64,000 nucleotides of DNA from an uncultured delta proteobacterium (GCA_963850305.1 CAWKKR010000008.1:1088001-1152000), one strand, 5' to 3'; shown: positions 51,378 to 60,923, counted from the first letter of the stretch. Made by a program: numbers and translations. Notes: generated by a model from the sequence alone, not told the origin.

Positions 51378-52394
51378 ATGGAAGGTCAAATTCAGGTCGT
51401 AAAGAGAGAGACGATCCCGCCGATTCGCTCGGTCGATCAGCAAGGACACGTCCACGGGTTGGGCGAGCTGCGGGATTTCCGGTGGAGCGCCGAGCTCCGA
51501 CAGTTCATGCCCGACGCGTCCGAGTTTTCGGTCAGCTGGGTGCGGCTCGAACACGAGGAAGTTCTTCATCCGCACACGCATCCCATTCAATCGATGCTCG
51601 TCGTTTACGCCGGCTCCGGACGCATGCTCGGCGACCTGTGCCAGCCCATCTCCGAAGGTGACGTGATTGTCGTCCCTCCGGGTCGGATGCACGGATTCGT
51701 CGGCGGCCTTGAAGGGCTTCATGCACTCTCCATCCAATTCGGCGAGGGTCTCTATACGACCCCCGAGAAACCGCGCGTCATCTTCACGGACGCCAACGGG
51801 TCCCTGAGTGCCCTCCTCCTCTACAGCGAAAAGCGGCAGCAAGAATTCTCCCGATCGTCACTCTTCGAAATGCTCGAGGATGGGACGCTCCGCCAACCGT
51901 CCAGGCGGGCGATGTTCGTCGAGTGCGTCCGAATCTGGGACGCCGAGAGGAACAAGCTGTTGATGTGCCGGCAGGCGACCACGATGGATCCGACCTACGA
52001 GCGGGCCTTCCTTGCCGATCTTCGGAGCAAGCTCGGTGACCGTGCAGACCTCGGCGAGGCCGTCGACGTGCGGGATGCGACCCTCCAGTCGCTCGCGAGC
52101 TGGTTCTCTTACCAAATGTACGTGCTCGACAACGTCGAGAAAGCAGCGCTGGTCCACCTCGTGGTGGAAAAGGCGGCCGCGGTACTGGATGAGGCCACCG
52201 AGCGCGCCCTCGGCGACGTGTCGTGTCGCCCCGCGTCTCGAAGCTCCTCGCCTAGTGACGGTCGTGACCTCGAGCTTCTCCGAAACGAGACCGACGCCAC
52301 CTACACGCGGCTCCGGCGCCTCGTGAGTGAAGCTTGGGACATGGTGTTCGCCTTGACGGAACGCATCGTCGACCGGACGCGTGCGGCGTACTGA
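51378..52394 (+). CDS. cupin + degenerate HDO domain fusion (paralog of the upstream gene)
   Basis: HTH...GDVIVVPPGRMH cupin; RQAT, QMYVLDNVEKAALVHLVVE shared with the paralog. Confidence 0.8.
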   Translation: MEGQIQVVKRETIPPIRSVDQQGHVHGLGELRDFRWSAELRQFMPDASEFSVSWVRLEHEEVLHPHTHPIQSMLVVYAGSGRMLGDLCQPISEGDVIVVPPGRMHGFVGGLEGLHALSIQFGEGLYTTPEKPRVIFTDANGSLSALLLYSEKRQQEFSRSSLFEMLEDGTLRQPSRRAMFVECVRIWDAERNKLLMCRQATTMDPTYERAFLADLRSKLGDRADLGEAVDVRDATLQSLASWFSYQMYVLDNVEKAALVHLVVEKAAAVLDEATERALGDVSCRPASRSSSPSDGRDLELLRNETDATYTRLRRLVSEAWDMVFALTERIVDRTRAAY

Positions 52395-52427
52395 AGGTCG
52401 GCGGTTTCCGACACGGAGTACCCCCAG

Positions 52428-54131
52428 ATGTCGTTTCGCGCGGATGAGTTCGAGCTCGATCGATATCCGTACGCGGCCCGACGCGTGCCCATCTTCGCGC
52501 CGCACGGCGCGGTCGCGACGAGCGAACCCCTTGCCGCACAAGCGGGGCTCCGCATCTTGCAGCGCGGCGGCAATGCCGTCGATGCCGCGGTCGCCACCGC
52601 CGCGACGCTGACCGTAGTCGAGCCGACTTGCAACGGGATCGGCGGCGATGCCCTTGCACTCGTCTGGGACGGCTCGGCGCTTCATGGGCTCAACGGGTCC
52701 GGACGCGCGCTCGCCGCACATACCCCTGAACTCTTCTCTAAGCTCGAGCTCGATCACGTGCCTCCGCACGGCTGGCTCCCGGTGACGGTTCCGGGCGTTC
52801 CCGCGTGCTGGAGGGATCTTCATCAGCGCTTCGGCAAGCTGCCGTTCGAGGCGCTGTTCGAGTCGGCCATCGAATACGCCACGGATGGCTTTTCCGTTGC
52901 GCCCGTCACGGCTCAGCGCTGGCGCGCGGCAGCCGCCATTCACGCCGCCCGGACCAGCGACGAGCCCGCAATCATGCCGTGGCGCGAAACGTTCACGCGA
53001 GACGGGCACGCGCCGCGTATCGGCGACAAGTGGTCGCTACCCGATCTCGCCTCGACCCTGAAGGAGCTCGCGGCGACCTCCTGCGAGTCCTTCTACCAAG
53101 GCAAGCTCGCAAACCAGATCCTGAACTTCGCGGATGCCACGGGAGGCTATCTGACGCGCCGCGACCTCGCGAACCATCGGAGCACCTGGGTGACGCCCAT
53201 CAGCGCCAACTACCGTGGCTACGACGTATGGGAAATGCCACCCAGCACTTCGGGGATCGCGGCCCTGACGGCTCTGAACATTCTCGAGGGCTTCGATCTG
53301 GCGCGCCATCCGCGTGAATCGATCGATAGCTACCATCTCCAGATCGAGGCGATCAAGATCGCCCTCGGGGATGCGTACGGTTACCTCGCCGATCCCGACG
53401 TGACGGCGGTGCCGTTTCAGGTCCGTCTCGACAAGAGATACGCGGCGGAACAGCGACGGCATATCGGCGACAGGGCGCTGTCATCACCCCCGAGGGATCC
53501 CCCGCGAGGGGGAACCGTGTTTCTGACCGTCGCGGACGCCGACGGCATGATGGTCTCCTTCATTCAGTCGAACTACACCGGGTGGTTGCTCGGATTTGGT
53601 TCCGGCGTGGTGGTACCGAAGACGGGGATCGCGCTGCACAGCCGCGGCTGTGGCTTCACGCTGGACCCGCGTCACCCGAACGTGATCGCCCCGGGCAAAC
53701 GACCGTTTCACACACTGGCACCGTCATTTCTCACGCGGGACGGGAACGCCATTGGACCTTTCGGGATCATGGGCGGACCGATGCAGCCGCAGGGACACGT
53801 ACAGTTCATCGTGAACCAGATCGACCACGGGATGAATCCGCAGGCATGCGTCGACGCGCCCCGGTTCCAGTGGATCAGCGGGAACGTCGTCGAAGTGGAG
53901 CTCGGCGTGCGCCCCGAGTTGGTGCAGGGCCTGGTCGTCCGCGGACACGACGTCCGACCGTGCGTCGATTTCGCCGCGATTCCCCCGCGGCTCAGCGGCC
54001 CCTTCCTAGGAAGCGGGGGCATGGCGAGCAGCGGGGACTTCGGCAAGGCGCAGATCATCCGGCGTCTCGGGAACGGCACGTACGTCGCGGCAAGCGATTG
54101 GCGCTCCGACGGTTGCGCCGTCGGTTATTGA
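52428..54131 (+). CDS. gamma-glutamyltransferase family protein (cytoplasmic, YwrD-like)
   Basis: GGNAVDAAVA, GIGGD, TVPG, GG-TVFL nucleophile Thr, PGKRPFHT, GGPMQPQGH; no signal peptide. Confidence 0.93.
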   Translation: MSFRADEFELDRYPYAARRVPIFAPHGAVATSEPLAAQAGLRILQRGGNAVDAAVATAATLTVVEPTCNGIGGDALALVWDGSALHGLNGSGRALAAHTPELFSKLELDHVPPHGWLPVTVPGVPACWRDLHQRFGKLPFEALFESAIEYATDGFSVAPVTAQRWRAAAAIHAARTSDEPAIMPWRETFTRDGHAPRIGDKWSLPDLASTLKELAATSCESFYQGKLANQILNFADATGGYLTRRDLANHRSTWVTPISANYRGYDVWEMPPSTSGIAALTALNILEGFDLARHPRESIDSYHLQIEAIKIALGDAYGYLADPDVTAVPFQVRLDKRYAAEQRRHIGDRALSSPPRDPPRGGTVFLTVADADGMMVSFIQSNYTGWLLGFGSGVVVPKTGIALHSRGCGFTLDPRHPNVIAPGKRPFHTLAPSFLTRDGNAIGPFGIMGGPMQPQGHVQFIVNQIDHGMNPQACVDAPRFQWISGNVVEVELGVRPELVQGLVVRGHDVRPCVDFAAIPPRLSGPFLGSGGMASSGDFGKAQIIRRLGNGTYVAASDWRSDGCAVGY

Positions 54132-54203
54132 CGCGACTCGCGACGTCGCATCGAGACGGAGCTCCCGTAGCCGTCTGCGACGGCCCCTCGGGCGCATTCG
54201 CGG

Positions 54204-54779
54204 TCAGCTCTTCCAGATGATCTCGAACGCCGCTTCGTCGGTGCTGGGCTTCTCGAGCGACCATCCCGTGACGGTCGTACGCTCGAGGGATTTTCCCATC
54301 GTCTGAAGAGCAAACGTCACGAAGCCGGTCGCGGTGCATGCGGCGTGGTCGAACCCGCTGGTGCCGAGCACCTGGCAGACGAGCTTCGTGTCCGTAACAT
54401 CGACGATCAGCTTCCCGCGATTGCAGTCGCGACTCCATAGGTCCGGGACCTTCTTTGCGAAGAGCGCGGGCGTCAGCATCTTCATCAACAATCTGAGGAA
54501 TGTGTTCGTCGCCTCTCGCGCCATGCTCGCGCCGCATCCGATCAGAAGATCCCTGGCGCGGTCCTGGTCGCCGCCAGCCAGTGTTGCAATTGCCGCGGTT
54601 ACCTCGGACATGGCCGAGACCGGCGCCCACGCGCCTGCCTTCCCGCCCACGACTACCTCGCGCGTCTGCGGTGCAAACGCATCGACGATGCGCTGCCCCT
54701 CGGAACCTGCCAGCTCACGGAGATAGTCCACCGAGGCCAGCACCATGTATCCGCGCACCTGAAACTGCTCTTGAGCCAT
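54204..54779 (-). CDS. hypothetical protein (myxobacterial, possibly V4R-like fold)
   Basis: About 190-aa ORF; fold guess from pattern only. Confidence 0.6.
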   Translation of the reverse strand: MAQEQFQVRGYMVLASVDYLRELAGSEGQRIVDAFAPQTREVVVGGKAGAWAPVSAMSEVTAAIATLAGGDQDRARDLLIGCGASMAREATNTFLRLLMKMLTPALFAKKVPDLWSRDCNRGKLIVDVTDTKLVCQVLGTSGFDHAACTATGFVTFALQTMGKSLERTTVTGWSLEKPSTDEAAFEIIWKS

Positions 54780-55368
54780 GATTTCGTCCTGTTCTAGAAA
54801 CGCCACGCGCTGCAGGATCGCATCGCGCACTCTCCCCGATTGATGCCCCGAGCCCCGGAGCCCAGCTGCAATCCTGCTCCTGGACCAGTCATGAGTGACG
54901 ACTCGGAACCGACTCTTCGACGGTAACTTTACAGCTAACCGAACGCCGTCGGATCCGTCAATACGGATGCGTCGACGGCAGCCACGTTTGGTCGGCAGGA
55001 GTACGACGATGTCCGTCGCGCTTCTTCATTCTGTGAGGGCATCGACGCACTCCGCGCGCTCCTTTTCACGACAGCGCTTGGCTTCGAAACGCGCATCGAA
55101 AAACCTTGCTGTCACGAAAACACAACTTCGATCCGTGTAGGTCATGACTAACGCGTCCCAGTCGGAACCAAGAGAGGGCCACAATTGGTACCTCCGCCTT
55201 CCCGTCGTGTGCCCACGGTGCCCACGCTCACGAAGCGAGTCCCCAGCGAAACATGGACCTATACAGAAAGAGAGCGATCCGTTAGGTTGAAAGGCCCTGA
55301 TGAGTCCCGTGCGGTCGTATCGGGCGCGCCTGGGCGCGGAATGACCGAAAGCGCGCTGAGCAGACCAA

Positions 55369-56001
55369 ATGGAGGCCGTGTTCGAGAAGGCGCTAGCTGT
55401 CCTCGTGCAGCATATTTCCCCGGTAAACGCCCGATCCTTGTTGCTGCGCGCACTCCACGAGCAGCGCCTTACACCGCGGGATCTGACGAAGCAGGACCTG
55501 AGCAAGTGCAGCGTCGCACTCCGTCGGGGCGTCGCCCTTTTCGTGGAACCAGAACGCCGCCAGGCGGCGCTGCGGACAATCGCCGACCTGTGCGGGGAGG
55601 ATCCGACTGCGCTCGATCCATGCCTCCTTCAGATCACCACCGAGTCCGACATCGGGAAGGCTCGAGCGGAAGCGCGGCGGATCTGCGATGCGATCGGTGC
55701 CTCGCCGTTCGTGATGCAGAAGATCGCGACCATCATGAGCGAGCTAGCGCGCAACATGGTGCTCTATGCCGGCGGGGGCGTGGTCGAAATGATCGCGATG
55801 AACACCGGACAGCGGCGTGTGCTCATCCGTGCAACGGATCGCGGCAGGGGCATTCCGAATCTCGAGGAGGTCATGTCGGGCAAATACAAGAGCAAGACGG
55901 GCATGGGGCGTGGCTTGCTCGGGTCGAAGCGTCTGGCCGATCGGTTCGACGTCTCCACGGGAACGGCGGGCACGCGCGTATCGTTGGAGGTCTTCTTATG
56001 A
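55369..56001 (+). CDS. rsbT: RsbT-like Ser/Thr kinase with N-terminal extension
   Basis: SELARNMVLYAGGG, DRGRGI, GMGRGL.GSKRL.D.F. Confidence 0.85.
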   Translation: MEAVFEKALAVLVQHISPVNARSLLLRALHEQRLTPRDLTKQDLSKCSVALRRGVALFVEPERRQAALRTIADLCGEDPTALDPCLLQITTESDIGKARAEARRICDAIGASPFVMQKIATIMSELARNMVLYAGGGVVEMIAMNTGQRRVLIRATDRGRGIPNLEEVMSGKYKSKTGMGRGLLGSKRLADRFDVSTGTAGTRVSLEVFL

Positions 56002-56564
56002 AGTTCCGCGTGGCCCATTCATCGTCGCCGATGGTCGGAGAAACCGCGAACGGCGACAGGGCCGTCTTCCGGACGGACGAAGAGGACCGCACGCTCATCG
56101 CGGTTATCGACGCTCTGGGACACGGGCCCGGCGCAGCAGTCGTCGCCGACGCCGCTGCGGAGTGTTTGGCTCAGATCTCTCTGGAGTCGACGATGCTCGA
56201 CGTCGTCCAGACGCTGCACGCGAAACTCGCCGGATCGCGCGGGGCCGCCGGGACCCTGTGCCTCTTTCGCGAGCGAAACGTCGAGGCGTGCGCCGTCGGG
56301 AACGTGGAGCTGCGATGTGCAGATCTCCGGCTGCCGCTCGTGTTCTCGGCCGGAGTTCTCGGCGCGAGAGTGGCGAAGTTCCATGTGTGCCGCGCCGTCA
56401 TACCCGGGCGCGCGCGCTGCGTTCTATTTTCGGACGGGATCTCGTTGCGAGTACCGCTCGAGGACGTGCGGGGGCTTCCACCAGACGAGGCATGCAACGT
56501 CATCCTCACGAAGTATCGGCGAAAAGAAGACGATTCAACGGTCCTCGTGGCTGACATGGAGTGA
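55998..56564 (+). CDS. rsbX: RsbX-like PP2C/SpoIIE phosphatase
   Basis: NGD, IDALGHG, LFSDGI, DDST. Confidence 0.8.
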   Translation: MKFRVAHSSSPMVGETANGDRAVFRTDEEDRTLIAVIDALGHGPGAAVVADAAAECLAQISLESTMLDVVQTLHAKLAGSRGAAGTLCLFRERNVEACAVGNVELRCADLRLPLVFSAGVLGARVAKFHVCRAVIPGRARCVLFSDGISLRVPLEDVRGLPPDEACNVILTKYRRKEDDSTVLVADME

Positions 56565-56570
56565 GCTTCA

Positions 56571-57023
56571 ATGGACGACGGCTATCATCGGATACCAATC
56601 ATCGAGTTCTGGGATCTCCTTCTGGTCCCGCTCCAGGGCGACATGACGGACGACATGGCGAGCCGCCTGGTGTCGGAGGTCCTCGATCGGATCCATCGGA
56701 GCGGAGCTTCCGGTCTGATGATCGACATCACGGGCCTGTGGCTCGTGGACAGCCATCTGTGCGCCGTGCTCTCCCAGCTCGCCGCTGCAGCGTCGCTGAT
56801 GGGAGCGCGCACGCTGATCTCCGGAATGAAACCCGAGATAGCCATGGCTCTCGAAACGATGGGAATCAAGCTGGCGAACGTGACGACGACGCTCGATCTC
56901 GAAACGGCGCTCGGGCTTCTCGGCGTGGGTCGACCGAATCTCGACGTCACCCGGCTCGACGCGCTCGATCTCGCCGAATCAGGGGCGGGCGCAAATTCCT
57001 TCCCCGCGGAGGCTTCCAAGTGA
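56571..57023 (+). CDS. rsbS: RsbS-like STAS protein
   Basis: IPII, LQGDMTD, IDITGL.LVDS, GMKPEIA. Confidence 0.85.
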   Translation: MDDGYHRIPIIEFWDLLLVPLQGDMTDDMASRLVSEVLDRIHRSGASGLMIDITGLWLVDSHLCAVLSQLAAAASLMGARTLISGMKPEIAMALETMGIKLANVTTTLDLETALGLLGVGRPNLDVTRLDALDLAESGAGANSFPAEASK

Positions 57024-57691
57024 AGAGCGGAGATTCCCCGGACGTCGAAGCCGAGCTGGTCCACTCGGTCGGCGCGCTTTTGTCCGTGGTTGCGGCGGTC
57101 GGCAGGGGCGACCTTTCGCAGAGGCTCGAGGTTCACTATCCGGATTCGCACCCGGTCGGCGCTCTCGTTCAGAGCGTCAACTACATGGTCGACGCGCTGG
57201 CGGAGGCGCGTTCCACTTCGGCCGCGTCTCTCGCCCAGCTGAGTGATCGCATCGCGACGATCGAACACCAGCGTGAGGCCATTCGTAACTTGACGGTCCC
57301 CGTCATCGAGATCTGGGCGGGCGTGCTCTGCGCGCCGGTCGTCGGAGTGCTCGACAGCGTGCGCGCAGCGGACGTCACCCAGACGCTCCTGCAAGCCGTG
57401 GTCGAAATGAAGGCGCAACACGTGATCATCGACGTCACCGGCGTCGAAGTGATGGACACTCAATCGGCTGATCATTTTCTCCGCATCGCACGTGCCGTGA
57501 TGTTGCTCGGCGCTCGGTGCGCGCTCTCGGGGATGCATCCGAACATTGCCCGTACCATCGTCCACATGGGCGTGGATCTTCAGGGCCTCAAGAGCTACCG
57601 GAACATGCGAGACGCGCTCCGACACTGCGTCCACGACGTTCGTGCACGCCGCGCTGGACGCACACCTGGTGGAGCTTCCAGGGCCCCGTGA
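57020..57691 (+). CDS. rsbR: RsbR-like STAS protein with HAMP-like N-terminus
   Basis: LTVPVIEIW.GVL..PVVG.LDS.RA, IDVTGV..MDT. Confidence 0.85.
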   Translation: MKSGDSPDVEAELVHSVGALLSVVAAVGRGDLSQRLEVHYPDSHPVGALVQSVNYMVDALAEARSTSAASLAQLSDRIATIEHQREAIRNLTVPVIEIWAGVLCAPVVGVLDSVRAADVTQTLLQAVVEMKAQHVIIDVTGVEVMDTQSADHFLRIARAVMLLGARCALSGMHPNIARTIVHMGVDLQGLKSYRNMRDALRHCVHDVRARRAGRTPGGASRAP

Positions 57692-57737
57692 TGCCCCGGA
57701 AGGACCCCCAAACCGCTCGAGAAAGGTCCGAAGAATC

Positions 57738-58361
57738 GTGAGCTCCGCGACGATGTCCGAAGACGAGATCCTGGAAGCAGTGGCTGACGCTTTGTTGACG
57801 CTCGCGAACGTCGGGTATGGGGACTACTCGACTCGCCTGACGATCGACCCGAACGACACTGGCCCGTTGACGACCCTTTACATCGGCATCAACGAGATGA
57901 TCGCGTCGCTCAGCATCGAACAAGACAAGAGTCGAGCCTATCAGGCCGAGCTCGAGGAGAAATTAGCGACGATCGAGAAACAGCGAGAAACGATCCGTGA
58001 ACTGTCCACGCCGATCATGGAGGTCTGGGACGGCGTGCTCTGCCTCCCGGTGGTCGGAATCATGGATACCGTCCGCAGCGCGGAGATGACGACGTCGCTA
58101 CTTCAAGCGGTGGTCGAGAAGAAGACGAGGTGCACTATCATCGATATCACGGGCATCGACGTCATGGACACGCGGACGGTCGATCACTTCATGCGTATGG
58201 CGCGTGCCGTTCGGCTCCTCGGAGCGGATTGCGTTCTGACTGGGATCAACCCGCACATCGCACAGACGGTCGTGCACATGGGGATCGACCTCACGAACGT
58301 CGTCACTCACCGGACCCTCCACGAGGCGTTGCAGCAGTACGTGGAGCGGAGCTCCCGCTGA
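57738..58361 (+). CDS. rsbR: second RsbR-like STAS protein with HAMP-like N-terminus
   Basis: ELSTPIMEVWDGVLCLPVVGIMDT.RS, IDITGI..MDT; start uncertain. Confidence 0.85.
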   Translation: MSSATMSEDEILEAVADALLTLANVGYGDYSTRLTIDPNDTGPLTTLYIGINEMIASLSIEQDKSRAYQAELEEKLATIEKQRETIRELSTPIMEVWDGVLCLPVVGIMDTVRSAEMTTSLLQAVVEKKTRCTIIDITGIDVMDTRTVDHFMRMARAVRLLGADCVLTGINPHIAQTVVHMGIDLTNVVTHRTLHEALQQYVERSSR

Positions 58362-58368
58362 CATCGGA

Positions 58369-58818
58369 ATGCCGCACTGCGACGTCCGTGACTGGGTAGA
58401 CGTCTTTCACGTGCAGCGCACCGTCGCGGGCTTCGCGCGCGATGTCGGGTTTTCGAGGCTCGAGAGCAACGAACTGGCGATCGTCGGATCCGAGCTCACC
58501 TCGAATATCTTGAAGTACGGAGTCGTGGGTGCGGTGGACGTGGAGCCGTACGTGGACACTCGGGGTGGGGGACTGACTCTCATCGCGACGGACCGCGGCC
58601 CTCCATTTCACAATCTCGACGCCGCGCTGCAAGACGGCTGTGACGATCGGGGTCCGATCGATCCGCTCCAGATGCTGACACGGCGAGGGATCGGAGGGGG
58701 CCTCGGGGCCGTGCTGCGCCTGTCACATTCTTTCCGCGTCGAGCCTCACCCTGGGGGTAAGAGAGTTCACGTGATTCGCTACCTCTCATCGGTCAAACCC
58801 ACGCGCGGCTCCCCGTGA
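58369..58818 (+). CDS. second RsbT-like HATPase kinase
   Basis: SELTSNILKYG, DRGP, GIGGGLGAV.RL. Confidence 0.8.
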   Translation: MPHCDVRDWVDVFHVQRTVAGFARDVGFSRLESNELAIVGSELTSNILKYGVVGAVDVEPYVDTRGGGLTLIATDRGPPFHNLDAALQDGCDDRGPIDPLQMLTRRGIGGGLGAVLRLSHSFRVEPHPGGKRVHVIRYLSSVKPTRGSP

Positions 58819-59567
58819 CCCTGTTCGGCCATGCGCTACTTGTCGTTTCCGGAGGCGTCGCGGGCGCACTGAATTCCGTGGCTGGCGGGGGAAGCTTTCT
58901 GACCTTTCCTTCGCTCGTGTGCGTCGGCGTCCCGCCGGTCATCGCGAATGCGACAAGCGCGGTGGCACTCTGGCCCGCCCAGCTCGCGAGCACCGTCGCG
59001 TACCGGCGTGAGCTCGCAGGAGTTCGACGCTGGATCCTCGCGCTGGCCATCGTCAGCGCCGCGGGAGGCTTCACGGGCGCGCTCCTGCTGCTTCACACGT
59101 CGAATGCCATTTTTTCGCGGGTCATCCCGTATCTGCTGCTCGGGGCGTCGCTGCTCTTCACTTTCGGAAAGCGGTTCACGACGAGTCCGCCGGGCAGTGT
59201 AGGAGGGCTGCGGCGCGCCGTCGTCGCTCAGGCACTCGTCGCGATCTACGGAGGGTATTTCGGGGGCGGGATGGGAATCGTCATGCTCGCGCTGTTCTCG
59301 ACGCTCGGCATGACCAACATCCACGCGATGAACGCGCTGAAGACGATGTTGGCCGCCCTGATCAACCTCGTGGCCATCTCGACGTTCATCGCGGCGGGCG
59401 CGGTGGCGTGGCGCCCTGGAATCGTGATGGTCACGGCCGCCACCCTCGGCGGCTATTTCGGCGCGGCCGGCGCGCGGCACATTCGTCCAGCCCTCATCCG
59501 CCGCTTCGTCCTGATCGCTGCGTGGTCGATGACCGCCTACTTCTTCTTCAGAGCTTACGCGAGATGA
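58815..59567 (+). CDS. TauE/SafE family (sulfite exporter-like) membrane protein
   Basis: NSVAGGGSFLTFP, ANATS, YGGYFGGGMG. Confidence 0.9.
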   Translation: MTLFGHALLVVSGGVAGALNSVAGGGSFLTFPSLVCVGVPPVIANATSAVALWPAQLASTVAYRRELAGVRRWILALAIVSAAGGFTGALLLLHTSNAIFSRVIPYLLLGASLLFTFGKRFTTSPPGSVGGLRRAVVAQALVAIYGGYFGGGMGIVMLALFSTLGMTNIHAMNALKTMLAALINLVAISTFIAAGAVAWRPGIVMVTAATLGGYFGAAGARHIRPALIRRFVLIAAWSMTAYFFFRAYAR

Positions 59568-59606
59568 GCCAGGCGAGCCGAACGCCGGGCGACACTGCGA
59601 CTCGCG

Positions 59607-60923
59607 TCAGCGGAACGCGTCGATGATGCCCGCAAGGCTGGCCTGGCCACGCTTCGATTGTGTGCCGACCATGGCGACGCTGAGCGAATCGCGCACGAAC
59701 AGCCGCTGCGCGGCACCACGCACCTCGTCGATGGTGACGGCATCGATCTGTTCCCGCCGCATCGCAGGACTCGTGGCGTATCCGCGAAGCGTCGAGTCCG
59801 CGAAATACTCTGCCAAGTCCGCGCAATCGTCGATCATCGCGGTCAGCCCCCAGCGATGCCTCGCCTTCGCCTTGTCCAGTTCTGCCGGGTTCGGCCCGCC
59901 ATCGCGAAGATCGCGCACCACGTCGAGGATCTCCGTGAGCACTGCGCTCGTCCGTTCGTGGGCCGTGTCGCAGCCCACTTCGAGGAGACCGACGTCATCC
60001 GAAGCCTCGTAGCCCGCGGACACGTCGTAAGCGAGACCACGCTCGTCACAGATGCGCGTATAGAGGCGCGTCGAATTTCCATCGTCGAGGATCCGGAGAA
60101 GCAGCTCCGTGGCGGGCTCGAGGACGTCATGAGCACCAGGGCCGCGAAATCCGATGCGAAGCGACGTCTGGCTCGACGAGTACCGTACGACCTTCATCCG
60201 CGGCGTCGTCTGCGGCAGCGGCGGGGATGTCGACGCGAAATCTCCCCGAGGCATCGTCTGGAACCGATCCGCAACGAGACGTGTAACGGCACCCGCGTCG
60301 AAGGGGCCCGCAAGCGCAATGACGGAGCCTACGCCCACGTAATGCTTCTCGTGATGCCGCCGGAGGCTGTCGACCTCGAACGCCTCGACTCGATCGACCG
60401 TCCCGATGACGGGGAACCCGAGTGGGTGGCCCTCGAACACCAGTGCGCGAAGGAGGTCGTACCCGTCGATGACGGTGCCGTCTTCGTCGAGGTCCTCCAG
60501 AATTTCTTCGCGCACGATCCGCTTTTCCACGTCGAGGCCCCCGAGCAAGGGCTCCCTGTACGCGCGCGCGAAAAGCTCGAGAGTGCGAGCGAAATTCTCT
60601 GCCGGACACGCGATCGCCATCGAGCCGCTGTCGGAACCAGTGGCAGCGGCGAGAGTGCCTCCCAGAGACTCGAACGCGAGCGCTTGCTCGTGCGCCGTCG
60701 GGAAACCCGGGATTCCCCGATAGAGCATGTGCTCGAGAAGGTGACTGATGCCGTTGTTTGCTTCGGTCTCGTAGCGCGACCCCACCCGTAGGTGCGCCAC
60801 CATGGCAATCCGATGAACCGACGGGAGCGGGACTGCGACGATTCGAACCCCGTTCGACAGGGTGGTCGAAGTCGGCGATAGCGCGGCGAGCCCGGTAAAA
60901 TCCTGCGACGGACCGTTGATCAT
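59607..60923 (-). CDS. M16 family zinc metallopeptidase
   Basis: GISHLLEHML inverted zincin motif, R.ERGLAY. Confidence 0.92.
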   Translation of the reverse strand: MINGPSQDFTGLAALSPTSTTLSNGVRIVAVPLPSVHRIAMVAHLRVGSRYETEANNGISHLLEHMLYRGIPGFPTAHEQALAFESLGGTLAAATGSDSGSMAIACPAENFARTLELFARAYREPLLGGLDVEKRIVREEILEDLDEDGTVIDGYDLLRALVFEGHPLGFPVIGTVDRVEAFEVDSLRRHHEKHYVGVGSVIALAGPFDAGAVTRLVADRFQTMPRGDFASTSPPLPQTTPRMKVVRYSSSQTSLRIGFRGPGAHDVLEPATELLLRILDDGNSTRLYTRICDERGLAYDVSAGYEASDDVGLLEVGCDTAHERTSAVLTEILDVVRDLRDGGPNPAELDKAKARHRWGLTAMIDDCADLAEYFADSTLRGYATSPAMRREQIDAVTIDEVRGAAQRLFVRDSLSVAMVGTQSKRGQASLAGIIDAFR

